Part shown: one piece after another, positions 1 to 13,955 of the stretch
Numbering within the stretch: position 1 is the first letter of the stretch
How the letters are laid out: every line of letters starts with the position of its first letter
NCBI RefSeq assembly: GCF_001194135.2
Contig: NC_068990.1
Location: 67,540,454-67,604,453, forward strand
Length of the DNA: 64,000 nucleotides
Source of the DNA: Octopus bimaculoides
Taxonomy: Eukaryota
Direction of reading: 5' to 3'
Notes under the pieces: model-generated
What the model was told of the DNA's origin: nothing
The model's database searches: none
What the model saw: only the letters and a program-made list of their open reading frames with translations
Translations under genes and position numbers: made by a program

Positions 1-469
1 ACTGAACTTGGAATCATGTGGTTGGAAAACAAGCTTCTTACCACACACACACACACATACACACACACACACACATACACACACACACACACACACATAT
101 ATATGCTTATATATTCTTATATATGTATATATGAATGTATACGTTAAAATTTTAAAAATAATAATTGCAGTTATTTTGACATCTATAGGTTACCAGTTTT
201 TGTGTTTTTGAATGACTAATAGGTGTCTCTCAGGTTGTAATTGTGTTAGTTTCAACACACTGTCTCACACAAAATAATAAAATATCTTTTATAAAATTCA
301 GGCAGTGGATCAAACCAGATATTGCTACAAGACAATTCTGGTTCATGTACTACATGTATGAAATCCCTGTTCTATGCCAACCTCCAATGTATTGAAATTA
401 TAAAAGTATTCTATGAAATTTTATATCTTAAGAGTTGAGGAAATATGTAGATCAGGGAGGATTGTATAT

Positions 470-646
470 TTGTTTGTGACAAATATAAGATACAAGAAGT
501 GCAAAATTTGTTTCACCTAAAACACTACCTGGACCCTAAGTAAAGCACGTGTAAAATTTGAATGAAATTGGTTGTGTAGTTCTCAAGTTTTAGGGATTCA
601 CACAGACAGACTCACAGACACACATTCTCATCTTTATATATATAGA
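470..646 (-). mobile_element. Non-autonomous Helitron-like 5' fragment
   Basis: Minus strand begins A|TCTATATATATAAAGATGAG, then a (GTCT)-type microsatellite and ACCAATTTCATTCAAATTTTAC, the layout of Lep1/HINE-type rolling-circle elements. No 3' hairpin or CTAG end found. Confidence 0.5.
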
Positions 647-709
647 TAAGTATTGTAATATGAAGTCAAGAGATAAACTGAAGCAAATTAATAATGTGGA
701 AGTTAGATT

Positions 710-910
710 ATGGTAGTGTGTGGCAGAGTGATTCTGGTTTTGCACTGACAATTGCAAGATTATAGATTTTTCCCAGATCTGGAGTTGTATAGTGTTCTGG
801 AGTGAAACACTTCATTTCATGTTGCTCCAGGTCATTTAGTTATAAATAAATAATCCAACACTAGACTGATGTCTTGTTCAAGGGGAATGTTGAGATCTTG
901 GTCATGCCAT
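710..910 (+). mobile_element. Old SINE family C fragment
   Basis: Shares the core acttcatttcatgttgctccag with the 1147-1485 copy; heavily diverged. Confidence 0.4.
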
Positions 911-1108
911 AGAAATTGAGGAGCTAGTTCTATGAGCCCTGGAACCTGAGACTGTAAAGTCCAGGGTTGATGATGATGAATTAGATTGTCTCAAAGAAAA
1001 CAGCTTTATTCCAGCATATTTTTTCCTACTGCTTAAACATCGGAATGGATGTATATACCATATAAAATAGGTGGCTGCTGAATAATTAATGTGAAGTTTA
1101 ATGGTTAA

Positions 1109-1679
1109 CCCTTTAGCTTTCAAACCAGCCATACCTGGCCCAAATAAAGGGTAAAGAGCCCCCCCCCCCCCTCATTCATCAATGATCATGGGATTGCACC
1201 TAGAAAGTTCCACTCTGAGGTATAAGTCCAGGCAGGTTTGTTTATGAAAGACCAGCAATCACTTATGCATACCAGCCTTTCCTCTCCATGCCACTGATGT
1301 TATCCAAGGGAAAGGCAAAGGCTGATACAACTTGGCACCAGTGATGTCACAACTCATTTCTACAGCTGAATGAACTGGAGCAACATGAAATAGTGTCTTG
1401 CTCAAGTAAACCACACACGGCCTTGTCTGGGAATCAAACTTACTACCTCATGATTGTAGGCCTGATGCTTTAACCACTGAGCCATCCAAATATCCAAATA
1501 TTCTACCTATTTTATGTTTAAACTGGCCAGATCTGGCCTCTCACAACTAACCTACAATGCTATTGAAGAAAAAAAAAACAATTGCATCTCAAAGTTATGA
1601 AATAATGTATGATCAATTAAAAGCAATATGAATAAAAGATATTATGTTAGACAGAGTAATTAATCTGAAGGCTAAAGGG
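1109..1679. mobile_element. piggyBac-like TTAA MITE interrupted by a SINE
   Basis: TTAA|CCCTTTAGC at 1105-1117 and GCTAAAGGG at 1671-1679 (right TSD decayed to tgag). Internal sequence resembles the 54481-54638 copy. Confidence 0.65.
1147..1485 (-). mobile_element. tRNA-derived SINE (family C) inserted in the MITE
   Basis: Minus-strand head atggctcagtggttaaagcatc...gtttgattccc has A/B-box-like motifs, followed by ttgagcaagacactatttcatgttgctccag. Flanked by ccaaata (1140-1146 and 1486-1492), a probable TSD. Confidence 0.7.
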
Positions 1680-1849
1680 TGAGTCAACTAGGATTCAAAT
1701 CCTTTTGACTTTAACTAAAGATTTTAATGATTCACAAATTTATTAATAATTACTAGTAATATGATTGGTAGAACTATTAAAGCCTCATGTAGCCTAGAGA
1801 ATATTTTCTACATAAATCCCTTTCAGTACTGGGTGAGCAACATCTGCAA

Positions 1850-2385
1850 GACTCTCTGGTTAAGAAGTTCACTTTGTATTCACATATTTTTCTGTTCATT
1901 TCCACTGTACAGCACCTTGGGCATGTGTCTGCTAATTGAACCCCAGGCCAATGAATGCCTTGTGAGTGAATTTGGTAGATGGGAATTGTGTGAAAGCTCA
2001 TCCTATATATATTTATATATAACTGGTACTCCATCAGTAACTATACATCTCCAAGGGCTCCAGTTGATCTGATTAATGGAACAACCTGCTCATAAAATTA
2101 ACATGCAAGTGGTTGAGCACTCTACATACACATGTGTGTGTGTGTAAGAGTGTAATAAATGTGTGTCTCTTTATGTTTGCCGTGCCCCACACCACCACTG
2201 TTTGATGTGTAGTGTTGGTTTGGTTATGTCCACATAATTTAGTAGTTTGGCAAAATTGTCTCATAGAATAAGTGCCAGACTTAAAAAAATACAAGTACTG
2301 GGGCTGATTTGTTCAACTAAAAGCCCCTCAGAGAAGTGCCCCAGCATGGCTGTAATCCAATGACTGAAACAAATAAATGATAAAC
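1850..2385 (+). mobile_element. Old family A SINE head and body with an intervening repeat
   Basis: caccttgggcatgtgtc...gccttgtgagtgaatttggtagatggga head and cagcatggctgtaatccaatgactgaaac 3' body match other family A copies in the window. Confidence 0.6.
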
Positions 2386-3157
2386 CAGAGCTGAATGAAA
2401 CAGCTATCCAAAAACAAAAGATAAATGACAGTTTCTGTCACACACACACACACTAAGATAGAAATAGTAAGAAATGTTATGATTCATATCTTATTGAAGG
2501 ATATTCATAAAAATGATACTGACAAATAAACATGTATTTGAAAAGATATATATATAGAAAGATAGAAAAGAAAAAGACAACACTGAATATATATATATAG
2601 ATATAATTTTTTTTTTAAATGGAGGAATAAAAGAAGTGAAAGCCATTGAAAGCGACATCCACATCACAACCATATCACTAAATTATTTCAAACAATAAAT
2701 TATATATATAAATATATATATATATGGAATTTATTCAGATATTTTCAGTCAACTTCAGATCATTTCAACCATATTGTTGTTGTATACTTTCGATTTTAGT
2801 TATTTACATTTTTGCTTTTCAGAATCCATAGAGTATGCTGAGACTAAATGCCAGAAATGAAAATATAATACATACATACACATAAATAAATAAATATATA
2901 TATCATACACATGTATATATATATATATATATAAATATTATACATGTGTATATGTATATATTTATATATATATATTATACACGTGTATATAAATATATGT
3001 ATGTATGTCTATGTATACTTATATGTATATATGTCTTAATATAGCAATAATGTATGAACACGGGAAATGAAAAGAAGCTCAAAAGAAATATTAAAGATAC
3101 AAGGAAAAGGACATAGAATAAAAAGCAAAAGAAGAGAAACAGGTGACACTCACTCAC

Positions 3158-3337
3158 CTTTCTCACAGCTAGGCTCTCTCCCATCCCAAGCGCCATCTGA
3201 TGTGCATTTTCGTATTGCTCGCCCAGCAAGAAAGAAGCCAGTTGAACAAGTATATTTCGCCGAGGTCCCAATTATATTGGGTTGTAAAATATCCACATGA
3301 CCATTGTCAATTGGGGGAAGCAGTGGGCACCCGGCAT
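3158..3337 (-). CDS. Internal coding exon encoding one complete Sushi/CCP/SCR domain; host gene not identifiable
   Basis: Translation (D)AGCPLLPPIDNGHVDILQPNIIGTSAKYTCSTGFFLAGRAIRKCTSDGAWDGREPSCEK(G) has the 4-Cys CCP pattern with C-P, NG, Y-x-C-x-x-G-F-x-L-x-G and W-x-x-x-x-P-x-C. Acceptor ttcatttcgccTAG|AT at 3338/3337, donor AAG|GTGAGT at 3158/3157. 180 nt, phase 1-1, typical for CCP modules. Confidence 0.92.
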
Positions 3338-5287
3338 CTAGGCGAAATGAACACATCGAATTCCGGGGTAAGAAATTTAAGTTGAAAAAAATAGTTTGCA
3401 AAAAAATGACATAGTGTTGCTGACAAACACCATCAATGAGAGGCAGATTCATCTGTGCTTTTAAAATTAAACTCGATAATCAACAGATGCTTCTTAGATG
3501 AGATCGAAATCAATTGAAATATGGCTGCAGGTATATAAAAATATACTTTGCAGATAATTTTGCTGAAAGTAGTGCCAGATACATTAATAGGTTTTCCAAA
3601 TTTTTTGAAGCAATTTTGAATCAAAATCCAGTTGCATTATATCTGGTTAGGAAATGCATATATGTTTTTGTGTGTCTCTCTAAGTGTGTGTATGGATATA
3701 AACGTAGAGGTAAGAGCTATTATTTATAAAGTAGAGGCTTAATGACATAAGCAAGGGTTATTTCTGTCATTATAAAGCTGAACTCTATCCAGTTCACCTA
3801 GATATCAATAGATACCAAGGAGGTACTTAGGATCTGGGAAGAGCAACATAAAACTATTGATTATTTAAATGATTACATATATTAAATGAAGTTTACTTTC
3901 GGTGATCCCTTTCCTGTGAGACATGTGTACAAATTTACAGACAATTATATCGCAAAATAATCCCATAAAAAGCTCAAGAAAGTCATACCATTTAATCTCA
4001 TAACACATACATACAAAATAACAAACAAACAAGCAAATAACTTATTATGATTGAATATTTTTTGTGATTCAGGGACGATGTTTGGGTTATCAATTGAATT
4101 TTAGGAATGATGCTCTGTCAATGGAATTTTTAAACATTTTATGAGCCATATGTTGGGTTTTACTGCCATCTATTTCTGGATGATATCAATACTATATTGA
4201 AAGTGAAGAATGGAGCATGGAGAATGTTTGATACTTATTGTTTGAGAACAGAATGGGTTGTAGAAACATTTTGATAAAATTGTATCCTCTGATTATAGAA
4301 GTCTCGCTATGTATAGCATAACAGGTACTAGAAAATTTCACTATCTAGATATTTAACTCCATGAAGAAGCAGATATTGTTCACTAAAGCAGCTAATGTTT
4401 GTTAGCTGCTTTAGTTACTTTCCAATTAAAATGTAATGTCTATTGTAGAAGTTAAGAGTCTTTCTTGAAAATAACTTCAACTTGGGAGATTTGTGAATTA
4501 AGAGGTTAGGACAGTTATCTCACATGATTGAATGTAATGTTGACCAAACAGTGAAAGTGAAGATATCCAAAAATGTAACAGGTACTCTATACATAAGTCA
4601 AGGTAACTTGCATAATAAATTAACTATGCAAACGATCACAATAATCATAGGAAAGATACATAGAATGAGAGAGAGAGAGAGAGAGAGAGAGTTTGCCTGT
4701 GGGACAGAGGTTTGAGTGTGCCCACTACTGACTGAATACCAATCAGTCAAGTGAAGTAAGAGTGATTGGATTGAGCAAATACACTTTATTGCATAATGCT
4801 CTGATTGTTTCATCCCCGCTTTACAAGCAGACACTTGTTGGGAAACTGCCTTTGGTTGCCAATACCCATAGACAGAGCTTTGTAAAGCAAACTATAGGGT
4901 TCATACTTAAATTGATATATGTATTCACACGTGTGTGTGTCCCCATATATCAAGCAATTCCATTTTTTTTAGAGTCTGTATGAAAATAAATGTATAAATG
5001 CATATATTTATACATATAAAAATGTATGTATATACATATATACATATATATTTACATGCTCACCCTCTCTCTCTTAAATACACACACACACTCAGGGAAA
5101 AACGCACTAGCTAAAAGAAAAATAGAGCAGATGTATTTTTATACTTTTATATTGTCATGTAGTATATTGCTGGTAATGATATTTGACTGGTCAGAATGTT
5201 ACTACTATTTTGTGTCCACTGTTGCATATGGCAATGTTGATAAACCTCCAGACTAGCAAGAAATACATAACCTCTTATATGCCAAAG

Positions 5288-5329
<42 letters not shown>

Positions 5330-6242
5330 CTGGTTTGCTGGATTTGTTTAACTATTAGAACAGCTTAAGCCATATCTGAATAGTTGTTACATGCTATTCA
5401 TGTTTGGCTGAAACAAGATTCATACTAAAACGTTACATGATCTGGTTGCCTGTTTGAATTTCAAAAGTGAAATATTTTGTAGCTGTCCTCATGAAAGAAA
5501 ACACAAATTGACAATGTGGTTGTCCCTTTTTTCAGACCAGAAAATGACAAACATCTATGCATGCAGCAGCTTACATTTTTCAATCACAGTTGACATTGTT
5601 CTATGAAAGGCAACACTTCTTTCCCTCTTGGAAAATTAAATTTTCACTGCATTTTAGCTCTGCTACTCGCAGCAAGCAAAGCAAGACTATATATATACCA
5701 CAGGTACTAAAGAGGCTATGACATTTCAAAGGCCTTCAAGACAAGGTGTGGTAGGAGGAAGAAAGATTTTCTCAAATCTGAGACTTGGCCTGAATGCTTG
5801 TAACATAGTGAACTCCACTACATACACTGAAGATGCTAAACTAAACAGTGGCTTAAGACCACCACCCACATAATCCTTGGTGGGATTTGAACTGAAAGCA
5901 GAAATAATCAGAAAAACACTACAAAATATTCTGTCTGATGCTGTAATAACTGCACCAATTACTCGTGCTTATAATTATGCCTTTAAAATTAAACAATTAA
6001 GACTTGAGTTCTTTTGATCATGACAACATTTGGAACAAGACTACATGTAAAATTTTTAAAGCTTTAACCATTGCTTACTTTGCCAATATGTGGAAACAAG
6101 ACTTTAAATTTCAGTCTTTTACTTTTTCTTTAGCACTGTATTAGAGAACAGTCATATTTTTACTCTGTTCTTTGGATATGTTTATTCTTATGATTCTAAG
6201 TTTATTTCCCTTGTACACATTATAATAATAATAATAATAATG

Positions 6243-6274
<32 letters not shown>

Positions 6275-6921
6275 TATTATTATTATTATTATTATTATCA
6301 TTGTTGTTGTTGTTATTATTATTATTGTTATTAATGTCATTGTTCTAGACTCACTTATTAATATTAAACAGATATTTTTCATATTACTAAGCTTTACATT
6401 TCATATTCTACCAGATTATTCATGAAAGAATTTCAGATCTGCATATATGAGTCTGTGTGTGTATGGTTGTGAGTTTGTGCAGGTGTATGTGTGTGTGTGC
6501 ATGTGTGTATATAGAAAGCCAAATAGACACAACTATACGTATATGTGGTAAAGATGGTAGGCCTGGATGTACACATTTATAACTGTTTGAGAGTTGTTAC
6601 ATAACGTGTAATGTATAACTGGACAAAAACAGCAAGCATTTTCTTACACAACAACATACATGCACAAGCTCACACACATGGATATATATATACATATAAT
6701 GTCTCAATCTGTCTATATCTAAGTATATAATATAAAACATGGCTACTGATTGAAGAAACAGTACTCAGCACATACAGATTGACAGAGAGATAGAGAGATA
6801 AATGTAAATATATACATATAGTTATATATACATATGTGTATGTGCACACCCACAGAGACATGTATGTGAGAGTGTGCATGTATATACATACATATGTGTG
6901 AGAGTGTGTATATATGTACAC

Positions 6922-7022
<101 letters not shown>

Positions 7023-7372
7023 AACATTTGTGGTATATTGTGTGAAAGAACACATTGTACCATACCATTGTTTTACTAATGTAATGCAATATGAAAATAT
7101 TTTATTTCATTCTGAAGAACAGGTCACAGAAAGAAAAGACACACATGTGAACAGATAAAGAAAAGCAGTCAGTGTGATGGTCAAATATAGAATTAATACT
7201 GTTAGCAGCGTTTTTTCCCATCTCTATATTTAGTTATTATTGTCATGATTACTTTTGTCTTTTTTATTTGATCATATCAACACACATACACACGCTCGTA
7301 AATGCATATATAGATACGTGTGCAAATACATATCTATCTGTCTGTCTGTCTATTTCTCTCTCTTTTTGTCAT

Positions 7373-7417
<45 letters not shown>

Positions 7418-7719
7418 NNNNNNNNNNNNNNNNNNNNNNNNNNNNNNNNNNNNNNNNNNNNNNNNNNNNNNNNNNNNNNNNNNNNNNNNNNNNNNNNNNN
7501 NNNNNNNNNNNNNNNNNNNNNNNNNNNNNNNNNNNNNNNNNNNNNNNNNNNNNNNNNNNNNNNNNNNNNNNNNNNNNNNNNNNNNNNNNNNNNNNNNNNN
7601 NNNNNNNNNNNNNNNNNNNNNNNNNNNNNNNNNNNNNNNNNNNNNNNNNNNNNNNNNNNNNNNNNNNNNNNNNNNNNNNNNNNNNNNNNNNNNNNNNNNN
7701 NNNNNNNNNNNNNNNNNNN

Positions 7720-7774
<55 letters not shown>

Positions 7775-10700
7775 TACATGTACACACACACATTCATGTA
7801 GTTATACATGCATGATTCTTGTGTGTGTGTGTGTGTGTGCACAAGCACATTCTCCCTTATGGAAGTTCAAATGCAGATATATATATATCGGTGAAAAGAA
7901 AACTTTATATATGTGGTATGACGTGGATTCTTGTTTGAATATATATGCATAAATGAATGCATATTTGAAAATCTGAATTGGTAAACTTTATTTGCCCACA
8001 AATGATATTATTTTGTTTGGTGACTTATAAATTTTTCTGTCATATAAAGATCTAAAAAGTTTCTAGTAATTAGGGCTGAAACATATGACAGAATGAAAAA
8101 ACAAGAAAAGAAGAGAATGCTGTTCTTACAAATGAAATTTTAAAATGATTGAATGATAAGGAAACAGGAATTACATACTAAGCTTCATTATCTTACAGCT
8201 GCTTGAGAAAGCAATTAAGTAACTTATTGGCTGTATCTCTAATGAAAATCAATTAAGAAACACACCACCAACAGTAAATTGCAACACTTCTCACCTGAAG
8301 ATCACAGACACATGAAACTGAAGCTACAAGACAATTTCTTAGTTTCAGTTTCAATAAGAAATCCATGTCTTCTACAACATTTATTGAGCAAGCCCCTCTT
8401 GTTTGCCTTGTATAATCCAGTGTCACACTCACACACACACATACACATTTATATAGCAACAAAAATCAAGTGTGAAAACTAAATTAGACTGAAATGTAAA
8501 ATACAAACTTTATATAATCATGAACTACTTCCAAACTTGATAATCACAACTGGTATATGTATTGAAAGGTAAGTAACGTTTTAATGTAGCAACACTATTT
8601 CTTTGGCTGCTTGAATTTCCATTTGAATCAAAACACAATTTAAAGTAAAATGACTGACTTATTAAGTCTATAATGCCTGCATAAGGATTATAATTTAATA
8701 TTCAAAGACCCTAGTTCCAATTTAGCCCTTTTGATCCCAATCTGCTTGAGACTGCCCTTAATTCAACAATACAAATTATCTGTTGTAAAGTGATCTAAAA
8801 CCCTTTTGTCAAAGTTTTGTGTTGATTTACATTCCAGACATCAGTTTTATAATGATGGTTATAGTAATGAAAGTGTTAGCCATTAATACTCTGACAAGGT
8901 GTCGAATACATAGCTACATTTAATGGTCATTTAAAAAAAAGATTTGATGTATTTTAAAACTACAAGTCTGATTTATAAAAACTATTGATCTCATAGTCTA
9001 CAAAAAGTAGATACCTTGTTATTGGACATACAAATGGTAAAATATTCAGCTTGGATGATTTTATCTGTTGATGTACTGGGCACTAGTTTTAGTCATTTTT
9101 CATATCCTTTATGAAGTTTAGTCTCCTGAAATCAACATGGAGGCCTTTGAAGCATTTGAAATAATTAATTTTACAGTTAATTTTACTGCTAACTACTTCT
9201 GAGATATGAAATGAAATAGATATGAAATCTTTCTCCCTTGTCAACCTGCCTATGATCCACTACACTGTGAATGATTCCTACCTTCTTTGATGTACATGAA
9301 GTACTACTGCTTTCCTGATGGCTCTACAGATCTGTTCTCTTCCATTAAAACTTTAGTCTTTGTTAGGTTTACTTCCTTGGTTACAAACTTTGCTTCTATC
9401 TTGGACAAATTCAGTCAAGTCATCAACAGGAATTTCAATAAACAGGTGTTGTTAATCTCCTCTTGTCAGGAGAATTTAACTAAATAGGCAGGTTTGAGAA
9501 CCAAGCTTCAAAAGTCTCCTGAGTCATACAGTCACTGTCGTCCTTATTTAATATCTGTATTCCATACTGGTATGCATTGAATGGTTTGACAGCATCCAGC
9601 AAGTTCAAGTTCTGCACTGAGCTCCAGTATCTGCTTTGGTGTGGTTTCTAGCTGGCTGTCCTTCCTAACACCAGTCAGTTTTTTTTTTGTGTAGTCTATG
9701 AGATGAATAGTTTCTTTAAGTCAGATTTTAGATTTTAAAATACATCAATTTTTTTTAAAATGTGACCATTAAATGAAGGGATGTATTCAAAATATTGTAC
9801 TGGGTGCTTTTTCCTGGCATACTAATGTGGCTGCTCATTAACTCCCAAGGCAAGACCTGCTTGACAAGGTAGGAGTGAAATGCTGAATGAAACAGTTTTT
9901 TACCAAGGGTTGAAAAATTGAAGTATGATTGAGGGAGAGGAACAGGTGTCCTTCTGTAGAGAAGATACATGGCTATCCCAGTAGAAAATAGAGAAAGGAT
10001 GATGGTAATAAGTAATCAAGGAATACCTTCAAGATACAAGAAGGGGACTAAAGAGAGAACAAGGACATAGAATGGAAGAGGGCTGATTATGTATACTAAA
10101 TTCCTGCATGCTAAACTTCTCACAGAACTCATCATCCATCTTACTGATGATATCTCTATCTATATAGCTTGCTTGATTCTTGAAAGTCGTTTATTTACAC
10201 CTAGTTTTCATAACAACCACTATCATAGATCTTGCTACTCCAGACTGATGTATACTTAAAATAGTAGCTTGCTCTTGGCTAAGAATTATTTCATAGTTCT
10301 ATTTAGAACAAGACTTTAGTGGTACCCTGCTGTGGTACACACCCAAGCAGGATCTCATGCAATCTAATTCTTTTCTTATAGCTTTCAGTGTTAAATCTCA
10401 CTTTCTAGATGCTTTGTACTAAAATAATTACCTCATCTGAAATTCCATTACAATCATCAAGGTTTTTTTTAAATTCCCAAACACTGAAAGGATGATAAAA
10501 CACAAGTATAGAAATATAAACCATAAATCTAGAAGAAATATAATCATTCTTTCATTGACTCTAATAGCACCATAAAATAAAATAGTTGATATCCATCAGA
10601 AAAAGTGGTTATAAAAACACAGCTATTGACAATAACATCCAGGATAAGTAAAACAAAGAAGACAGTGTTGTTATTTAAGGCATTGTTTTTCAGTGAAATA

Positions 10701-11474
10701 GGATATTTAGCAAAAACATATTGTTCATTTCCATCATATTTTATGACTCAATCATACAGATAGCATTAAATTATTGATAGCTTTTATATCCCCATAGGCT
10801 GATATCATGTGCAGACTTTATAACGTGATAGTTTCAAAAAGATTGTGTTTCTACTAAGCTGACTGTTCTTGACAAACATTTTAGCTGTCTGATATTTAAA
10901 TATATTGGCAGTTTAAAGGGTGATTATAGTACTGAACTAACTCATCAAAGTTCATAGGTATAAACTTTAATATTGGCCTTGCATTATCCTCCATTATATT
11001 GCACTTAAGGAAATTTTTTTCTGTCTCAGACAATGAAGCTGCTAAATAGGTGCCATTTCCACTTTGTGACTACTCATAAACAGAAGCAATACATCATAGA
11101 AGCACTAACATAACTGTCATGTATATTACATTCCTGTTCTGTTATAATTTCTATTACAATTTCACATATCACATTATAAGGTTACCAAAAAGGTTTTTTA
11201 AAGTAAAAATTGTTATAGGCCTTGTAAAGTCATGTGCGAATTGGTTTCTTTACAGTTTCTTTTCTTTACATCTAATTCCTGGTAAAGGACTCTGCATAGA
11301 ACATGTGGAAGAATTCAGGTAAGTGTTTATTCAGCATCACAATGGATGCAAGAATCAGGTCAGTAAAGAATGTGTATGTTTGTGAAATGTATGGTGTCCA
11401 AGATCTTGTGTCCCCCAACCTTGTTATGCTTGAAAAGCCCAGGGACACCATATTCTTTCTTCAACACTTGATTA

Positions 11475-11505
<31 letters not shown>

Positions 11506-11508
<3 letters not shown>

Positions 11509-11950
11509 GTTTCAAATTTTTCCACAAAAGCAGCAATTTGGGGTGAGGGGATGAGTCAATTTCATCAACCCGAGTGTTCAGCTGCCACTTGTTTTATCAA
11601 TCCTGAAAGGACGAAAGGTAAAGTCGAACCTGGCAGAATTTGAACTCAGGATGTGAAGGTAGATGAAATAGCACTAAGCATTTCACCCAGGTGGTAATGA
11701 TTCTGCCATCCCACCACTTTAATAATGATGATATTAACAATAATAATAATAATAATAATAATCCTTTCTCATATAGGCACAGGGTCTGAAAATTTGGATG
11801 ACGGGCTAGTTGATTTCAGCACTCAACTGGCATTATTTTATTAAACCCTTAGGGATAAAAGGTAAAATTGACCTTGGTGGAATTTGAACTCAGAACATAC
11901 TGGGTGAATGAAAAACCATAAAGCATTTTGCCTAGTGCACTAGGCTTACT
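11506..11950 (-). mobile_element. Two tandem family B SINEs with (AAT)n tails
   Basis: Each unit has gaaagg..aaagt.gacct.ggcagaatttgaactcag and is bounded by (aat)n. Confidence 0.8.
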
Positions 11951-12619
11951 TATAATAATAATAATAATAGTAATAATAACAACAACAAAACATCACTAAC
12001 CCTAAACAGCTTGCATTGATATTTTGTAAACTTATTTTATTTAATAAATGTTATATAAAGCACATATTAATAGAATAAATGTTCCATGTTTAAATGAAGA
12101 TTTCCGAAATTTACTCACAGCACCAAAAATATGAAATAGGTACAAATTTGAAGTTCACCCTGAGTAGATATACATAGTGTCTGAATATATACCTTTGTAT
12201 ATCTATCACATAAAGTGGAGGTTGTTATTTATTGATTTACACTGCTTCATCAACTCAAATATTTGACTTGGAAAAAAGACAATATTTTGTCTGACATATT
12301 GTATTGAGTAAGAAAAAAAAAAATAAAAGAATGAAATTTAAAACAAAAAGAGTAAAGAAAACAGTAACTACAAGAAGAATTCTATCAACAAAAATAAAAA
12401 AAGAAAAGGAAAAAAAGAAAAGAAGAAATAAAAGAAACAAGAACCGAGAAAGAATCATATTGATTTTGCATGATTATGAAATATTTAGTTGTTTTGCAAG
12501 ATCAAAGTTGTTGCATTCTTCTGGCAAACACTGATTAAAATACAGTTAGGAAAGTTTTGTCAAACAAAATTATTTATTGAAACATCGAAGTGCAGAGAAG
12601 ATTCCCATTTGTGTGTGCA

Positions 12620-12666
<47 letters not shown>

Positions 12667-12877
12667 ATGTGTGTGTGTGTGTGCATGTGTGTGATGTGTG
12701 TGTGTGTGTGTTGATGAAAATGATATCATTATTATATGTATCTGTATCAACAAATTTCAATAAGTATTCTCTCAGTTTGGAGTTAATGATTTTTCAACTT
12801 CAGTTCTATCAATTTATAACACAGATTCATATTCCAGTAAACTCAATGAATCCATAAATACGTGCATAATTTTTAAA

Positions 12878-13075
12878 ATCATTTTTCAGCCATGGGTCTG
12901 CAGCCAAGCCAGAGTACAACCTTGAGAGATTTTGTCGATCAAGTTGACCTCAACATTTATTTTTCAAGTCTGAAACTTAATCTATTGACCTTTTTTGCCA
13001 GTCTACACATTTTGGGGATGTAAACAAACCATCACTGGTTGTCAAGCCGTGATGGTGGAGACAAACACAAAAACA
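12878..13075 (-). mobile_element. Family A SINE 3' body
   Basis: gtaaacaaacca..ctggttgtcaagc.gtg.tggtggagacaaacac shared with the 13164 and 14365 copies. Confidence 0.6.
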
Positions 13076-13163
13076 CACACACATCATTCACATATACATA
13101 AGCCATAAATCACACACACATGCACACATAAACCACAAATCTACGTGTGTGTGTGTGAATATA

Positions 13164-13761
13164 TTCTTTTATTCTTTTACTTGTCTCAGTCATTTGACTG
13201 TGGCCTTGCAGCAGCACCACCTTAGGGGGTTTTCAAAGAAAGAGACACTAGAACATAATATTTGTGAGCTTAGTACTTATTCTATCAATCTATTTTCCTG
13301 AACTGACAAGTTACAGGGACACAAACACACCAGCATTGGTTGTTAAACAATGGTGAGAAGGGGACAAACACAGACACACACATACAAAAACACAGACACA
13401 CAGACACACACACACACACATATATTATCATCATCATCCTCGTTTAACGTCCGTTTTCCATGCTGGCATGGGTTGGATGATTTAACTGAGGTCTGCAGCA
13501 GGCTCCAATCTGATCTGGCAATGTTTCTACAACTGAATGTCCTTCCTGACACCAACCCCTCCAAGAGTGTAGTGGGTGCTTTTTACATGCCACTGGCACA
13601 GGAGCCAGTCAGGTGGCCCTGGCATCAATCATGTTTGGATAGTGTTTTTTATATATCACCAACACGGGAGCCAGGAGACATTGGCACCGATCATGTTTGG
13701 ATGATGCATTTTATGTGCCTCCTGACTGGCACCCATTCCGGTGGTTCATAAAATACATCAT

Positions 13762-13796
<35 letters not shown>

Positions 13797-13955
13797 CGAC
13801 TGGCTTCTTTCAGTTTCTGTCAATCAAATCCACTCACAAGGCTTTGGTCAGCTTGACGCTATAATAGAAGACACTCACCAAATGTGCTACACAGTGGGAC
13901 CGAATCTAAGAACATGTGGTTGGGAAGCAAGCTTCTTACCACACAGCCACACTTG
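13164..13955 (-). mobile_element. Family A tRNA-SINE split by an RTE 3' fragment in its central microsatellite
   Basis: Body 13164-13385 (cttttacttgtctcagtcatttgactgtggcc); head about 13797-13955 (gggaagcaagcttcttaccacacagccac); RTE fragment between them. Confidence 0.75.
13426..13745 (-). mobile_element. RTE LINE 3' UTR fragment with (GAT)n tail
   Basis: atcatcatcctcgtttaacgtccgttttccatgctggcatgggttgga; similar tail to the ORF-bearing copy at 34415-35000. Confidence 0.75.

Noticed and set aside
3338-3452. N-terminal extension of the Sushi ORF (MNLPLIDG...)
   Set aside because: It lies upstream of a good acceptor at 3338; intronic read-through.
9240-9480. Possible decayed LINE RT fragment on the minus strand
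   Set aside because: Only vague similarity; no diagnostic motif recovered.
11256-11318. Plus-strand exon candidate (tttctttacag ... CAG|GTAAGT)
   Set aside because: Only one open frame, no recognisable domain and no partner exons.
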